A stretch of DNA of 64,000 nucleotides from Pseudomonadota bacterium (lineage in GTDB: Bacteria; Pseudomonadota; Alphaproteobacteria; Acetobacterales; Acetobacteraceae), in contig JAFEFJ010000002.1 in the NCBI GenBank assembly GCA_018240635.1, forward strand, positions 1,251 to 65,250, written 5' to 3'. Below, in pieces: positions 10,039 to 18,970 of this stretch (the first letter of the stretch is position 1; the number at the start of each line of letters is the position of its first letter). The position numbers were made by a program, and so were the translations under genes. Below the pieces are notes generated by a model that saw only the letters and a list, made by a program, of their open reading frames with translations, was not told the DNA's origin and searched no databases.

Positions 10039-10191
10039 TCAGGGTTCCGGCGGCGGCGGGGGCGGCGGCTGCTTCTTCGCGGCGCGGTCCTGATCCCGGT
10101 ACTTGCGCAACGAAAGCAATTCCCACACCGCCCAGCCGAGCACCAAACCCTCGAACAGCAGCCATTCCCAGCGAACCAAGCTGCTCAGCAT
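10039..10191 (-). CDS. Hypothetical 50-aa single-pass membrane protein with poly-proline tail
   Basis: ATG 10191 lies 4 nt after the crtB stop. Sequence: MLSSLVRWEWLLFEGLVLGWAVWELLSLRKYRDQDRAAKKQPPPPPPPEP. It has one hydrophobic helix, a basic stretch and P8. No strong SD. Codon usage is GC3-rich like its neighbours. Confidence 0.4.
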   Translation of the reverse strand: MLSSLVRWEWLLFEGLVLGWAVWELLSLRKYRDQDRAAKKQPPPPPPPEP

Positions 10192-10195
10192 CGGC

Positions 10196-11281
10196 TCAGC
10201 CGGTGCCGACCGGATCGGCGGCCGTCTGCTCGGCGCGCCGCAGCCGCTCCACCAGCGTGCACACCCACAGCAGCTGATGATCCAGCCGTAGCCAGGGGGC
10301 AGGGGCGGGCGGCGGCGTGGGCGGAAGCGACGCGGCGGCTTCCACCAGATACGCGGCCGACGGCGCCGCGGGCGCGGTGTCGGGCTGCCGGCGAGCAAGC
10401 GAACCGCCGACGGCGCGCGCGAGCAGCCCTGCCTTGCGTCGGCCCGTCACCACCGCGCGGCGCGCCACCGGATCGAAATCCGGTCCGGCGGCGATCCGGC
10501 CGATATCGGCATACAGCAGCCGCGCGGCGTGGATCGCCGGTCGGCAATCGGACGGAAGCGCCGCGATGCCGGGAGCCGCGCGCACGTAAAAGGCGCCGGC
10601 CGCCTCGATCAGCCGCCGCACCACCGCCGCGATGGCCGGCGTATAGGCGGGCGCGGCGAGGAAGCGATCGGCATCGACGCCTGCGTCCTCCAGCCACGCC
10701 AGCGGCAGGTAGCAGCGCCCCGCGCGCGCATCCTCGCCGATATCGCGGGCGATGTTGGTCAGCTGCATCGCGATGCCCAGGTCGCAGGCGCGCGCCAGCG
10801 CCGATGCGTCGCGCACGCCCATGATCAGCGTCATCATCGCGCCGACCGATCCGGCGACGCGCGTCGCATACGCCTCCACGTCGGCCAGCGTCGCATAGCG
10901 CCGGCTTTCCGCATCCCACGCGAAGCCTTCCAGCAGCGCCTCGGGCAGGGCAGGGGGGATGGCGAACCGCGCCACCACGTCGGCGAAGGCGCGGTCCGCC
11001 GGGAAGTCCGCCGGCCGGCCCGCATAGATGCGCGCAAGCCGCGCCGAGAGCCGGTCGAGCGCCGCCTTCTTGCTGCCCCTGCCGCCATTATCGGAGCCTT
11101 CGTCGAGCGTGTCGTCGGCCAGGCGGCAGAATGCGTAAAGGCTGATCGACGCGCCGCGCACCCGCTCTGGCAGCAGGCGCGATGCGATGTGGAAGCTGCG
11201 CGAGCCGGTCCGTATCGCCGCCCGGCAGGCGGCCAGATCGGCGGGCGAGGCGAAGCCGCGCTCAGGCCAGTGCGGCAGCAT
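10196..11281 (-). CDS. crtB: Phytoene synthase
   Basis: From ATG 11281: MLPHWPERGFASPADLAACRAAIRTGSRSFHIASRLLP...YAFCRLADDTLD...DIGED..., squalene/phytoene synthase motifs. Overlaps the crtI 3' end by 20 nt. Confidence 0.9.
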   Translation of the reverse strand: MLPHWPERGFASPADLAACRAAIRTGSRSFHIASRLLPERVRGASISLYAFCRLADDTLDEGSDNGGRGSKKAALDRLSARLARIYAGRPADFPADRAFADVVARFAIPPALPEALLEGFAWDAESRRYATLADVEAYATRVAGSVGAMMTLIMGVRDASALARACDLGIAMQLTNIARDIGEDARAGRCYLPLAWLEDAGVDADRFLAAPAYTPAIAAVVRRLIEAAGAFYVRAAPGIAALPSDCRPAIHAARLLYADIGRIAAGPDFDPVARRAVVTGRRKAGLLARAVGGSLARRQPDTAPAAPSAAYLVEAAASLPPTPPPAPAPWLRLDHQLLWVCTLVERLRRAEQTAADPVGTG

Positions 11282-12797
11282 GGGGCACAACCAGGTCGAG
11301 AACCCGCGCCGAGGACAGCACGCCCGGCACCCCCGCGCCCGGATGCGTCCCGGCGCCCACGAAGAACAGCCGCTCGACTTCCTCGCTCCGGTTGTGCGGC
11401 CGGAACCATGCGCTTTGCGTCAGCACCGGCTGCAAGCCGAAGGCGGAGCCGCGATAGGCCAGCAGCCGTTGCTCGAAATCGAGCGGGGTGGTGGTGAACG
11501 ACGTCACGATGCTGTCCTCGAAGCCGGGAAGAACGGTGCGGTCCAGATAGCGCGCGATGCGTTGCCGGTACGGTTCGGCGGCCGTGCGCCAATCGGTGCC
11601 GGAGGCGAGGTTGGGAACGGGCGAAAGCACGTAGAACGTCTCGCAGCCATCGGGCGCGAGCGAGGGATCGGTCGCCGTGGGCCGATGCAGGTACAGGCTG
11701 AAATCCTCGGCCAGCACCTTGCGGTCGAAGATGTCGTCCAGCAGTTCGCGATAGCGCGGACCCAGCAGGATCGTGTGGTGCGCCACATCCGGATAGCGCC
11801 GCTTCGTCCCGAAATACCAGACGAACAGGCCCATCGAATGCCGCGCCCGCTCGATCCGCCGGTCCGTCCAGCGCCGTCGCGCGACCGAGGGCAGCAGCCG
11901 GCTGTAGGTCCAGCTCACATCGGCGTTCGAAACGATGATGTCGGCGGCGATTCGCTCGCCCGATGCCAGCCGCACGCCGGTCGCGCGGCGCCCGTCGGTT
12001 TCGATCTCGGCAACCTCGGCCCCGCAGCGCACCATCCCACCCTGGCCCGCGATCAGGCCGGCCAGTCCGCGCACCAGCGCCCCGGTCCCGCCGATTGCGC
12101 AATGCACCCCCCAGCGCTGCTCCAGATGCGGGATCAGCGTGTAGACGCCGCTGGCGCTGAACGGATTTCCCCCGATCAGCAGCGGATGGAAGCTGAACAC
12201 CGTGCGCAGCCGCGGGTCGCGGATATGCTTCGCGACGATCGCGTGCACGCTGCGGTAGCCGGACAGCCGGATCAGTCCGGGCGCGATCCGCGCCATGTCG
12301 CGCAAGGATGCGAAAGGCACATGCCCCAACTGCTCGAAGCCGATGCGGCATGTCTCGGCGCTCAGGCGCATGAAGCGCTCGAAGCCCTCGACATCGCCGG
12401 GCGACAGCCGCGCCACCTCGGCGCGCATCGCGTCGGGATCGCCGCAGTAGTCGAACGTCTCGCCGTCGTCGAAGCGCAGCCGGTAGAACGGCGTCAGCGG
12501 CCGCAACTCGACATCGTCGGCAAGCCGCCGCCCGCAAAGCGCCCACAATTCTTCCAGAAGGAAAGGCGCGGTGATGATCGTCGGGCCGGCATCGAAGGTG
12601 AAACCGTCGCGCCGGTGCACGAACGCCCGTCCGCCCGGCGCGTCGAGCCGCTCCAGCACGGTGACGCGATAGCCCCGCGCGCCCAGCCGCACGGCGGCGG
12701 CAAGCCCGCCGAAGCCGCTTCCGATGACCACCGCATGGGGCGTGCGCGCCGCATCGACGGCTATCAGCGTCCCCGCAAGTGTCAATCCATCAGGCAT
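11262..12797 (-). CDS. crtI: Phytoene desaturase
   Basis: 511 aa. ...HAVVIGSGFGGLAAAVRLGARGYRVTVLERLDAPGGRA... and C-terminal ...FFVGAGTHPGAGVPGVLSSA..., canonical bacterial CrtI. Confidence 0.95.
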   Translation of the reverse strand: MPDGLTLAGTLIAVDAARTPHAVVIGSGFGGLAAAVRLGARGYRVTVLERLDAPGGRAFVHRRDGFTFDAGPTIITAPFLLEELWALCGRRLADDVELRPLTPFYRLRFDDGETFDYCGDPDAMRAEVARLSPGDVEGFERFMRLSAETCRIGFEQLGHVPFASLRDMARIAPGLIRLSGYRSVHAIVAKHIRDPRLRTVFSFHPLLIGGNPFSASGVYTLIPHLEQRWGVHCAIGGTGALVRGLAGLIAGQGGMVRCGAEVAEIETDGRRATGVRLASGERIAADIIVSNADVSWTYSRLLPSVARRRWTDRRIERARHSMGLFVWYFGTKRRYPDVAHHTILLGPRYRELLDDIFDRKVLAEDFSLYLHRPTATDPSLAPDGCETFYVLSPVPNLASGTDWRTAAEPYRQRIARYLDRTVLPGFEDSIVTSFTTTPLDFEQRLLAYRGSAFGLQPVLTQSAWFRPHNRSEEVERLFFVGAGTHPGAGVPGVLSSARVLDLVVPHAAALA

Positions 12798-13714
12798 CGT
12801 TCGACTGTATCATAGGCTTGACACTCCGCGCCAGAGAGCAAGCCATGCGCGCGCGCGAAATGCACGATTTCGGCGGCGGTCCGCTCGGGCCGTTCCTCGT
12901 GCGCCAGATGCCCGAGGCCCGGCAGCACGACCTCGGACGCGCCCCGCACCAGCCGCAGGACTTCCCGCGCCTCGGCGGGCGGCACCGTGCCATCCTTGTC
13001 GCCTGTCATCAGCAGCATCGGCCCGGCAAGGCGCGGCAAATCCTGCTCCAGCGCCCGCAGGTCCCAGTTCGCCATCATGCCGAGCGCGGCGGCGACATGG
13101 CCCGGCGAACGTGCAAGCCGCGCATACAGCGCGGCGCCCACGGGATCGATTCGCGATCCGGTGCTGTCGAGCAGACGCGCGACCGTTGCCGGATCGCCCG
13201 CGCGCCATGCGAACAGGCGCGCGGCCAGTGAGGTACGCGCGAGCGTGCGGGCCAGCGGCGCGAAAAGCGAGCCCGGCAGGCCGCGCAGCATCAGCAGCGC
13301 GCCGTTGATGCTGACCAGCGCCGCCGGCGTGATGCGCCCATCCAGCGACCCGCGCGCCAGGATCGCCGCGCCCGCCGAGTGCCCGATGCCGAGAACGGGC
13401 GAGACGCCGAGCGCAGCCATCAACTGCGCAAGCAGCCAGCTCATTCCGTCCAGCGACAGCCGCGCCGCCGGCGGCGTGGCGGTGAAGCCGTGGCCGGGAA
13501 GGTCGGGCGCGATCACCGTGAAATGGCGGGCCAGCAGCGGCGCCAGATCGCGCCAGGAATGGGTCGATGCCCCGGTGCCGTGCAGCAGCAGCGCCGCCGG
13601 GCCGGAACCCGAAACCTGCACATGCCAGCGCAGTCCGCCCGCCTGCACGAAGCGGCTCGCCTCGCGGTTCGGCCAGTCCCGTCCGTCGCGCTCCCAGACA
13701 GGCTTGCCGTTCAT
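12782..13714 (-). CDS. bchO: Magnesium chelatase accessory alpha/beta-hydrolase
   Basis: From ATG 13714: MNGKPVWERDGRDWPNREASRFVQAGGLRWHVQVSGSGPAALLLHGTGASTHSWRDL...GHSAG..., alpha/beta hydrolase. Synteny bchI-D-O. ATGA overlap with the bchD stop. Confidence 0.85.
   Translation of the reverse strand: MNGKPVWERDGRDWPNREASRFVQAGGLRWHVQVSGSGPAALLLHGTGASTHSWRDLAPLLARHFTVIAPDLPGHGFTATPPAARLSLDGMSWLLAQLMAALGVSPVLGIGHSAGAAILARGSLDGRITPAALVSINGALLMLRGLPGSLFAPLARTLARTSLAARLFAWRAGDPATVARLLDSTGSRIDPVGAALYARLARSPGHVAAALGMMANWDLRALEQDLPRLAGPMLLMTGDKDGTVPPAEAREVLRLVRGASEVVLPGLGHLAHEERPERTAAEIVHFARAHGLLSGAECQAYDTVERCLMD
12806..12823. promoter_or_regulatory. PpsR/CrtJ-type operator upstream of crtI, embedded in the bchO 3' coding region
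   Basis: TGTATCATAGGCTTGACA is a perfect TGT-N12-ACA, 9-26 nt upstream of the crtI ATG (12797). A TGTCAA half-site begins 26 bp away at 12780. Confidence 0.6.
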
Positions 13715-15426
13715 CGGGCGCGGCCGGCGCTCGCCTCCACGGCGCGCGACAGGGCGGAGGCATCCGCGTAGGGCAGCGCCAGGTAGCGTCCGCCAAGCGC
13801 CTCCGCGATGCGTTGCGCGAAGGCATGCGGCCGTGGCGCGGTGTCGATCAGCAAGGCGTCGATGCCGCCCGCGCGCACCTTGCGGGCCGCCTCCAGCGCG
13901 TCGCGCTCCGCCGCCTCGCGACCCCCCGCGCCGTCCAGCCCGACATTGGCGCGCCCATCCGTCAGCAGCACGATCATCGGCGACCGTCCCTGCCGGCGTG
14001 CCGCCGCCGCAAGGTCGCACGCCGTCCCCACGCCCGATGCGAGCGGCGTGGCGCCGCCGCCGGGCAGGCCCGCAAGCGCGCGGCGTGCGCGCGTCAGCGA
14101 CCGGGTCGGGGCCAGCACCGTTTCGGCGCGGGTGCCGCGGAACGCCACCACCGCGACCTGATCGCGCCGCGCGTAGCAGCGCGCGAGCAGGATCTCGACC
14201 GCGCCCTTCGCTTCCGCCAGCCGGTGCAGCGCCGCCGAGCCGGAGGCATCGACGCAGAAGATCGTCGCCGTCTCGGTGCGGTGCTTTAGGCGGTGGATGC
14301 GGAAATCCTCGCTCCGGATCGCGACCTTCGCGTCGCCGCGACCCTCTGCCGCGCCGTTGCGGATCGCCTGCCAGGGCGCGGCGGCGCGCAGCGTGTCCAC
14401 CACGGCCAGCCGGTTGCCGCCGCGCGGCTGTCCGGCGCGGGTGCCGATCGGCCGGCCGCGTCCCGTGCCCACCTGGGTCGCTCCCGCCCGCCCGCGCGTC
14501 GCGGCCGGCGCGCGCGCGCCGCGCCCCGCCTGCAGGTTGCGCAGCAGATCGGCGGGAAGCGCCGCCACGGCGGCATCCAGGACGATCTCGGACGGCGTGC
14601 CCTCCTGCGCTTCGCTCTCCTGTTCGCTCTCGCCTTCGCCTTCGGGGGGCGGTTCCGGCGGCGGATCGGCAGCGTCGCTTTCCTCCGGCGTAGCGCTCGG
14701 CAGCACCTGGGCGCGCGGGGCCAGCACCAGCCGCGCGGCGGCGGCCGCGTCGGCTTCGTCCGCAACCACCCGCCCCGCCAGCGCCGCCATGCAGCGCGTC
14801 GCCCGCACCGCGAGCAGCGGCGCGCGCAGCGAGGTGATGCCCAGTGCCAGCGCCGCGCCGACCAACGCCTCCGCCAGCGCATCGGGCACCGTCACCGATT
14901 GCGGGCGCACGGACAGGGCAGGCGTCTCCGCTTCGTCGATCTCAACCCCGTCGCAATCCAGATGGAACGCAAGCCGGTCGCGCAGCGCCTCGGGCACGCC
15001 CTCGTCCTCGATGCCCTCGTCCAGAGCCACCACGCCGAACCGGGCGGGCCAGCGCATGCTCACCCCGTCGCGCTCCGCCACGATCTCGCCCGCGTCCAGC
15101 GCCAGGCACAGCCGCGCGGCCAGTCCCGGCTCGATCCGCTCCGCCATCGGGATCAGTATGCAGCCGCCATCGGCATCCGCGAGCAGGCCGCGAGCGACGA
15201 TGCGGCGGCCCGCCGCGAGCGTCGCCGCAAGGTCGATGCCGCCGAGCAGGCGGTCGTCGCCGATATGCGTGGGAAGGCGGCGGTATGGCGCGTCCGGCGC
15301 CATCCGGCCGCGCAGCAGCGCGAGCCACGCATCGCGTGCCCGGCAGGGCGGGCCGCGCAGCACCGCGCCACCCAATCCGGCAGGATCGCAGGCCAACAGC
15401 GCCGCCGCGAGAGCGGCGTCGTTCAT
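13711..15426 (-). CDS. bchD: Magnesium chelatase subunit D
   Basis: From ATG 15426: MNDAALAAALLACDPAGLGG... Acidic Pro/Glu-rich linker (PPEPPPEGEGESEQESE) and a C-terminal vWA/MIDAS-like segment (CVDASGS). ATGA overlap with bchI. Confidence 0.9.
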   Translation of the reverse strand: MNDAALAAALLACDPAGLGGAVLRGPPCRARDAWLALLRGRMAPDAPYRRLPTHIGDDRLLGGIDLAATLAAGRRIVARGLLADADGGCILIPMAERIEPGLAARLCLALDAGEIVAERDGVSMRWPARFGVVALDEGIEDEGVPEALRDRLAFHLDCDGVEIDEAETPALSVRPQSVTVPDALAEALVGAALALGITSLRAPLLAVRATRCMAALAGRVVADEADAAAAARLVLAPRAQVLPSATPEESDAADPPPEPPPEGEGESEQESEAQEGTPSEIVLDAAVAALPADLLRNLQAGRGARAPAATRGRAGATQVGTGRGRPIGTRAGQPRGGNRLAVVDTLRAAAPWQAIRNGAAEGRGDAKVAIRSEDFRIHRLKHRTETATIFCVDASGSAALHRLAEAKGAVEILLARCYARRDQVAVVAFRGTRAETVLAPTRSLTRARRALAGLPGGGATPLASGVGTACDLAAAARRQGRSPMIVLLTDGRANVGLDGAGGREAAERDALEAARKVRAGGIDALLIDTAPRPHAFAQRIAEALGGRYLALPYADASALSRAVEASAGRAR

Positions 15427-16589
15427 CCGTCGAACAGTTCGCTCACTGCGCGTTCCACGCGCGCGCCGGCGAGCGAATCGTCGAGCGGGTTGCGCCGCAG
15501 CCGGTGCCGCAGCGCCGCCGGCGCGATTTCCCGCAGATGGGCAAGCGTCACCTTGTCGCAGCCATCCAGGCTCGCCACCGCCTGCGCCGCGCGCATCAGC
15601 GTCAGTTCGCCCCGCAACCCGTCGGTGCCGAGGGCGATGCAGAGCCGCGCGGCGTGCTCCAGGATTTCGTCCGGCACCGTCACGTCGGCAAGCGCGGCCC
15701 GTGCCGCAACGATGCGCCGCCGCAGCTTCTCCTCGGCCAGACGGCACCCTTCGGCGAACGCCTCGGGATCGCGCTCGAAGGCGGCACGCCTGCGGATCAC
15801 CTCGACGCGCACGGCAAGATCGGTCGGCGTGCGCACCTCGACGCACAGGCCGAAGCGGTCGAGCAACTGCGGCCGGAGTTCGCCCTCCTCGGGGTTGCCG
15901 CTGCCGACCAGCACGAAGCGCGCCGGGTGGCGCACGCTCAGGCCCTCGCGCTCGACGACGTTTTCGCCTGAAACCGCCACGTCGAGCAGGAGATCCACGA
16001 GGTGGTCCTCCAGCAGGTTCACCTCGTCGATGTAGAGAAACCCGCGGTTCGCTCGCGCCAGCAGTCCCGGCTCGAACCGCTTCTCGCCGCGCGCCAGCGC
16101 GCGTTCGAGGTCGAGCGCGCCCACCACCCGGTCTTCGGTCGCACCGAGCGGCAGGTCCACCACCGGCACCGGCGCGCGCTCCGCCCGCAGCGCGCCACGG
16201 CGTTCGCGGCACTCCTCGCACAGGCCGCGCGCGGCATTCGGATCGCAGTTGTAACGGCAGCCCGCGACGACTCGAATGCTCGGCAGCAGCGCCGCGAGCG
16301 CGCGCACCGCCGTCGATTTGCCCGTCCCCCGGTCGCCCAGCACAAGCACGCCGCCGATCCCCGGATCGACGGCGGCGATCAGCAGCGCGCGCCGCATCTC
16401 CTCCTGCGCCACGATCGCCGTGAAGGGATAGACGGGCGCGCGGGTATCGATGGCGCCGTCCGCGCCGGCGACATCCTCAACGACGGTGGGCTTCGCGGCG
16501 GTGGGTTTCACGGCTTGGGGCTTCACGGCGGGGGAGCCGGCACGGCGCCGTGCCGGCGCCGCCTCAGGCAGCTGCGGCACGGCGCCCAT
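15423..16589 (-). CDS. bchI: Magnesium chelatase ATPase subunit I (with about 50-aa N-terminal extension if ATG 16589 is used)
   Basis: ...VYPFTAIVAQEEMRRALLIAAVDPGIGGVLVLGDRGTGKSTAVRALAALLP..., AAA+ Walker A/B (FLYIDEVNLL). ATG 16589 lies 3 nt after the HiPIP stop. In-frame GTGs at 16526 and 16511 are alternative starts. Confidence 0.9.
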   Translation of the reverse strand: MGAVPQLPEAAPARRRAGSPAVKPQAVKPTAAKPTVVEDVAGADGAIDTRAPVYPFTAIVAQEEMRRALLIAAVDPGIGGVLVLGDRGTGKSTAVRALAALLPSIRVVAGCRYNCDPNAARGLCEECRERRGALRAERAPVPVVDLPLGATEDRVVGALDLERALARGEKRFEPGLLARANRGFLYIDEVNLLEDHLVDLLLDVAVSGENVVEREGLSVRHPARFVLVGSGNPEEGELRPQLLDRFGLCVEVRTPTDLAVRVEVIRRRAAFERDPEAFAEGCRLAEEKLRRRIVAARAALADVTVPDEILEHAARLCIALGTDGLRGELTLMRAAQAVASLDGCDKVTLAHLREIAPAALRHRLRRNPLDDSLAGARVERAVSELFDG

Positions 16590-16592
16590 GCG

Positions 16593-16859
16593 TTAGGCCT
16601 TCGGAGCGAAGGCTGCGCACCAGCCGTTCGGGTTGATCTCGCCGGCCACGATCTTGCAGGCGTTCGGCGGCATGAACTGGGCGCAGATCGCACAGTGCTG
16701 GCCGTCCTTGGGCTGTTCTTGATACATGACCAGCTTCTTGTCGATCTTCTGCGCGTCCTGCGCCATGGCCTGATCGGCGATCGCGGCGCCGGCCACGATG
16801 GCAAGCCCGGCCTGCAGCATGCCGCGCCTGGAAGGCTTGGAGACCCTATTCTCACTCAC
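16593..16859 (-). CDS. hip: High-potential iron-sulfur protein (HiPIP) precursor with twin-arginine signal
   Basis: From GTG 16859 (GAAGGGAA SD upstream): VSENRVSKPSRRGMLQAGLAIVAGAAIADQAMA / QDAQKIDKKLVMYQEQPKDGQHCAICAQFMPPNACKIVAGEINPNGWCAAFAPKA. It has an SRR Tat motif, an AxA cleavage site and a four-Cys HiPIP pattern including GWC. Confidence 0.8.
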   Translation of the reverse strand: MSENRVSKPSRRGMLQAGLAIVAGAAIADQAMAQDAQKIDKKLVMYQEQPKDGQHCAICAQFMPPNACKIVAGEINPNGWCAAFAPKA

Positions 16860-16955
16860 TTGCGAATTCCCTTCGTCCGTTTTCTGCTGCCAGCCTTTCC
16901 GTTCCCGCGGCGATCCGAGGGCCGGCACGACCGCCGCGGACTGCCCGATCGCTTC

Positions 16956-18167
16956 TCAGGCGGCCGGGCGGAGACTGAACGCCGACCAAATCTCGGTCAA
17001 TGCGCCCACCAGGTCCGCGATGTCGTCGTCGGTATGCGACGGGTTCGGCGTGATCCGCAGCCGCTCGGTACCGCGCGGAACGGTCGGATAATTGATCGGC
17101 TGCACATAAATGCCGAACTCGTCCATCAGGACATCGCTGATCTGCTTGCAGATCACCGGGTCGCCCACCATCACCGGAACGATGTGACTGGGGTTGCGGT
17201 AGTGCGGCACGCCGACCGCGTCCAGCGCCCGGCGCAGGCGCATCACCCGTTCCTGCTGGCGCGCGCGTTCCACGTTGCTCTGCTTCAGGTGACGCACGCT
17301 CGCCAGCGCGCCGGCCGCGATCGCTGGGGGCAGGGCGGTGGTGAAGATGAAGCCCGAGGAGAAGCTGCGGACGAAGTCGCACAGCGCCGCGGACGCGGCG
17401 ATGTAGCCGCCCATCACGCCGAAGCCCTTCGCCAGCGTGCCCTCGATCACTGTCAGCCGGTGCGCCACGCCGTCGCGCTCGGAAATGCCGCCGCCATGCG
17501 CGCCGTAGAGGCCCACCGCATGGACCTCGTCCAGATAGGTCATCGCGCCATGCGCCTCGGCCACGTCGCACAACTCGGCGATCGGCGCGATGTCCCCGTC
17601 CATCGAGTAGACGCTCTCGAACGCGACAAGCTTCGCGCGCCCCGGCTCGATGTCGCGCAGCTTGCGGTCCAGGTCGGCGGGATCGTTATGGGCGAACACC
17701 CGGCACTCCGCCCGGCTGTGGCGGATGCCCTCGATCATCGAGGCATGGTTCATCGAGTCCGACAGCACCACGCAGCGGGGCAGGCGGGAGGCCAGCGTAC
17801 CCAGGCTCGACCAGTTCGAGACATAGCCCGAGGTGAACAGCAGCGCGTCATCCTTGCCGTGCAGGTCGGCAAGTTCGCGCTCCAGCTCGACATGCGCGTG
17901 GTTCGTGCCCGAAATGTTGCGCGTCCCGCCCGCGCCCGCGCCGCAGCGGTCCAGCGCCTCGTGCATCGCCGCGAGCACCGCCGGGTGCTGGCCCATCCCC
18001 AGATAGTCGTTCGAGCACCACACCTTGATGTTGTGCGCGCCCTGCGGCCGGTGATGCTTCGCGTTCGGGAACGCGCCCGCTGTGCGCTCGATATCGGCGA
18101 ACACGCGATAGCGGCCCTCGCGATGGAGGCCTTGCAGCTGCTCTTCGAAGAAGGCTTCGTAGTTCAT
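16956..18167 (-). CDS. hemA: 5-aminolevulinate synthase
   Basis: 403 aa. [28 protein letters not shown]...[13 protein letters not shown]...SMDGD.., the alpha-oxoamine synthase/ALAS signature. Confidence 0.95.
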   Translation of the reverse strand: MNYEAFFEEQLQGLHREGRYRVFADIERTAGAFPNAKHHRPQGAHNIKVWCSNDYLGMGQHPAVLAAMHEALDRCGAGAGGTRNISGTNHAHVELERELADLHGKDDALLFTSGYVSNWSSLGTLASRLPRCVVLSDSMNHASMIEGIRHSRAECRVFAHNDPADLDRKLRDIEPGRAKLVAFESVYSMDGDIAPIAELCDVAEAHGAMTYLDEVHAVGLYGAHGGGISERDGVAHRLTVIEGTLAKGFGVMGGYIAASAALCDFVRSFSSGFIFTTALPPAIAAGALASVRHLKQSNVERARQQERVMRLRRALDAVGVPHYRNPSHIVPVMVGDPVICKQISDVLMDEFGIYVQPINYPTVPRGTERLRITPNPSHTDDDIADLVGALTEIWSAFSLRPAA

Positions 18168-18970
18168 GCGTGTCCTCCTAGCGTGCGGGCCACGTCGCCC
18201 CGCAAGGGGCGGCGGGCAGTCCAGGACCAGAGCGTCTCGGCGGAAATCGGCAGAAACAGGAACCAGTGCTCGGCGAAGCCGATCGTCGTCATCGCCGCCA
18301 GGAACGTGGCGGAAGCGGTCTCGAACGGCGTCCCGGCCACCGCCGCATTGCGGATCAGCGCGATCCCGGCGACGCCCGCCAGCGCGATCGAGACCGGAAA
18401 CAGCGGATTCATCGGCCGGCGGCGCAGGAAGCTGCGCAGGAACGCCATGTGCGCGGGGACGAACTCCTCGCTCACGTTGCGCACGCCCAGGAACACGTTC
18501 AGCCGGGCGCTTTCATGCATGGTCCACAGCACCAGCATCGTCCACAGCGCGAGCCGGTTGGGGGCGTGCCAGGTCAGCGCGGCGACGATCGCCACGGCGC
18601 CGACGATCGCCAGCTCGTGGTAGAGGCTGACGCCCAGGGCATGGCCGAAATGGCGCAGGCCCGAGCAGCCATGGTGGCAGGCGTGCCGCCGGGGCCCGGT
18701 GACGTAGCCGAGGTAGAAGGTCGCCTCCAGCCAGGCCCAGACCAGCATGGTGCCGATGAAAGCCGTATAGGCGCCCCCCGTCGTGGCCGATCCGGCGCTC
18801 CAGGCGATGCCTCCTAGTCCCGCTGCGGCCAGCGCGGTCGCGCTTGCCATCGCCACGGGGAAGGTCGATTGGCGCCCGCGAGCGGCGCAGAGCACCGCCC
18901 CGGTGCCGAACCACCAGAGGAACATCGCCAGCGTCGCCGGCATCCCGTACTGGACGAGCCCGCTCACCAC
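18164..18970 (-). CDS. puhE: Putative photosynthetic complex assembly protein PuhE
   Basis: 268-aa polytopic membrane protein lying between acsF and hemA, as puhE does in other PGCs. GTG start overlaps the acsF stop. ATGA overlap with hemA. Confidence 0.85.
   Translation of the reverse strand: MVSGLVQYGMPATLAMFLWWFGTGAVLCAARGRQSTFPVAMASATALAAAGLGGIAWSAGSATTGGAYTAFIGTMLVWAWLEATFYLGYVTGPRRHACHHGCSGLRHFGHALGVSLYHELAIVGAVAIVAALTWHAPNRLALWTMLVLWTMHESARLNVFLGVRNVSEEFVPAHMAFLRSFLRRRPMNPLFPVSIALAGVAGIALIRNAAVAGTPFETASATFLAAMTTIGFAEHWFLFLPISAETLWSWTARRPLRGDVARTLGGHA

Noticed and set aside
10028-10045. Palindrome-like CTGAGGCTCAG formed by the convergent crtC and small-ORF stop codons as a terminator
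   Set aside because: The 5-bp arms with a 1-nt loop cannot form a stable hairpin. It is likely coincidental to two facing TGA codons.
579-18623. Multiple very long ORFs overlapping bch/crt/hem genes in other frames or on the other strand (for example 579-2594, 590-2248, 5558-7159, 7622-9142, 12987-14693, 14276-16423, 16002-18623)
   Set aside because: All are Arg/Pro/Ala-rich low-complexity translations, typical of off-frame reading in high-GC DNA. Each is fully covered by a gene with clear family motifs.
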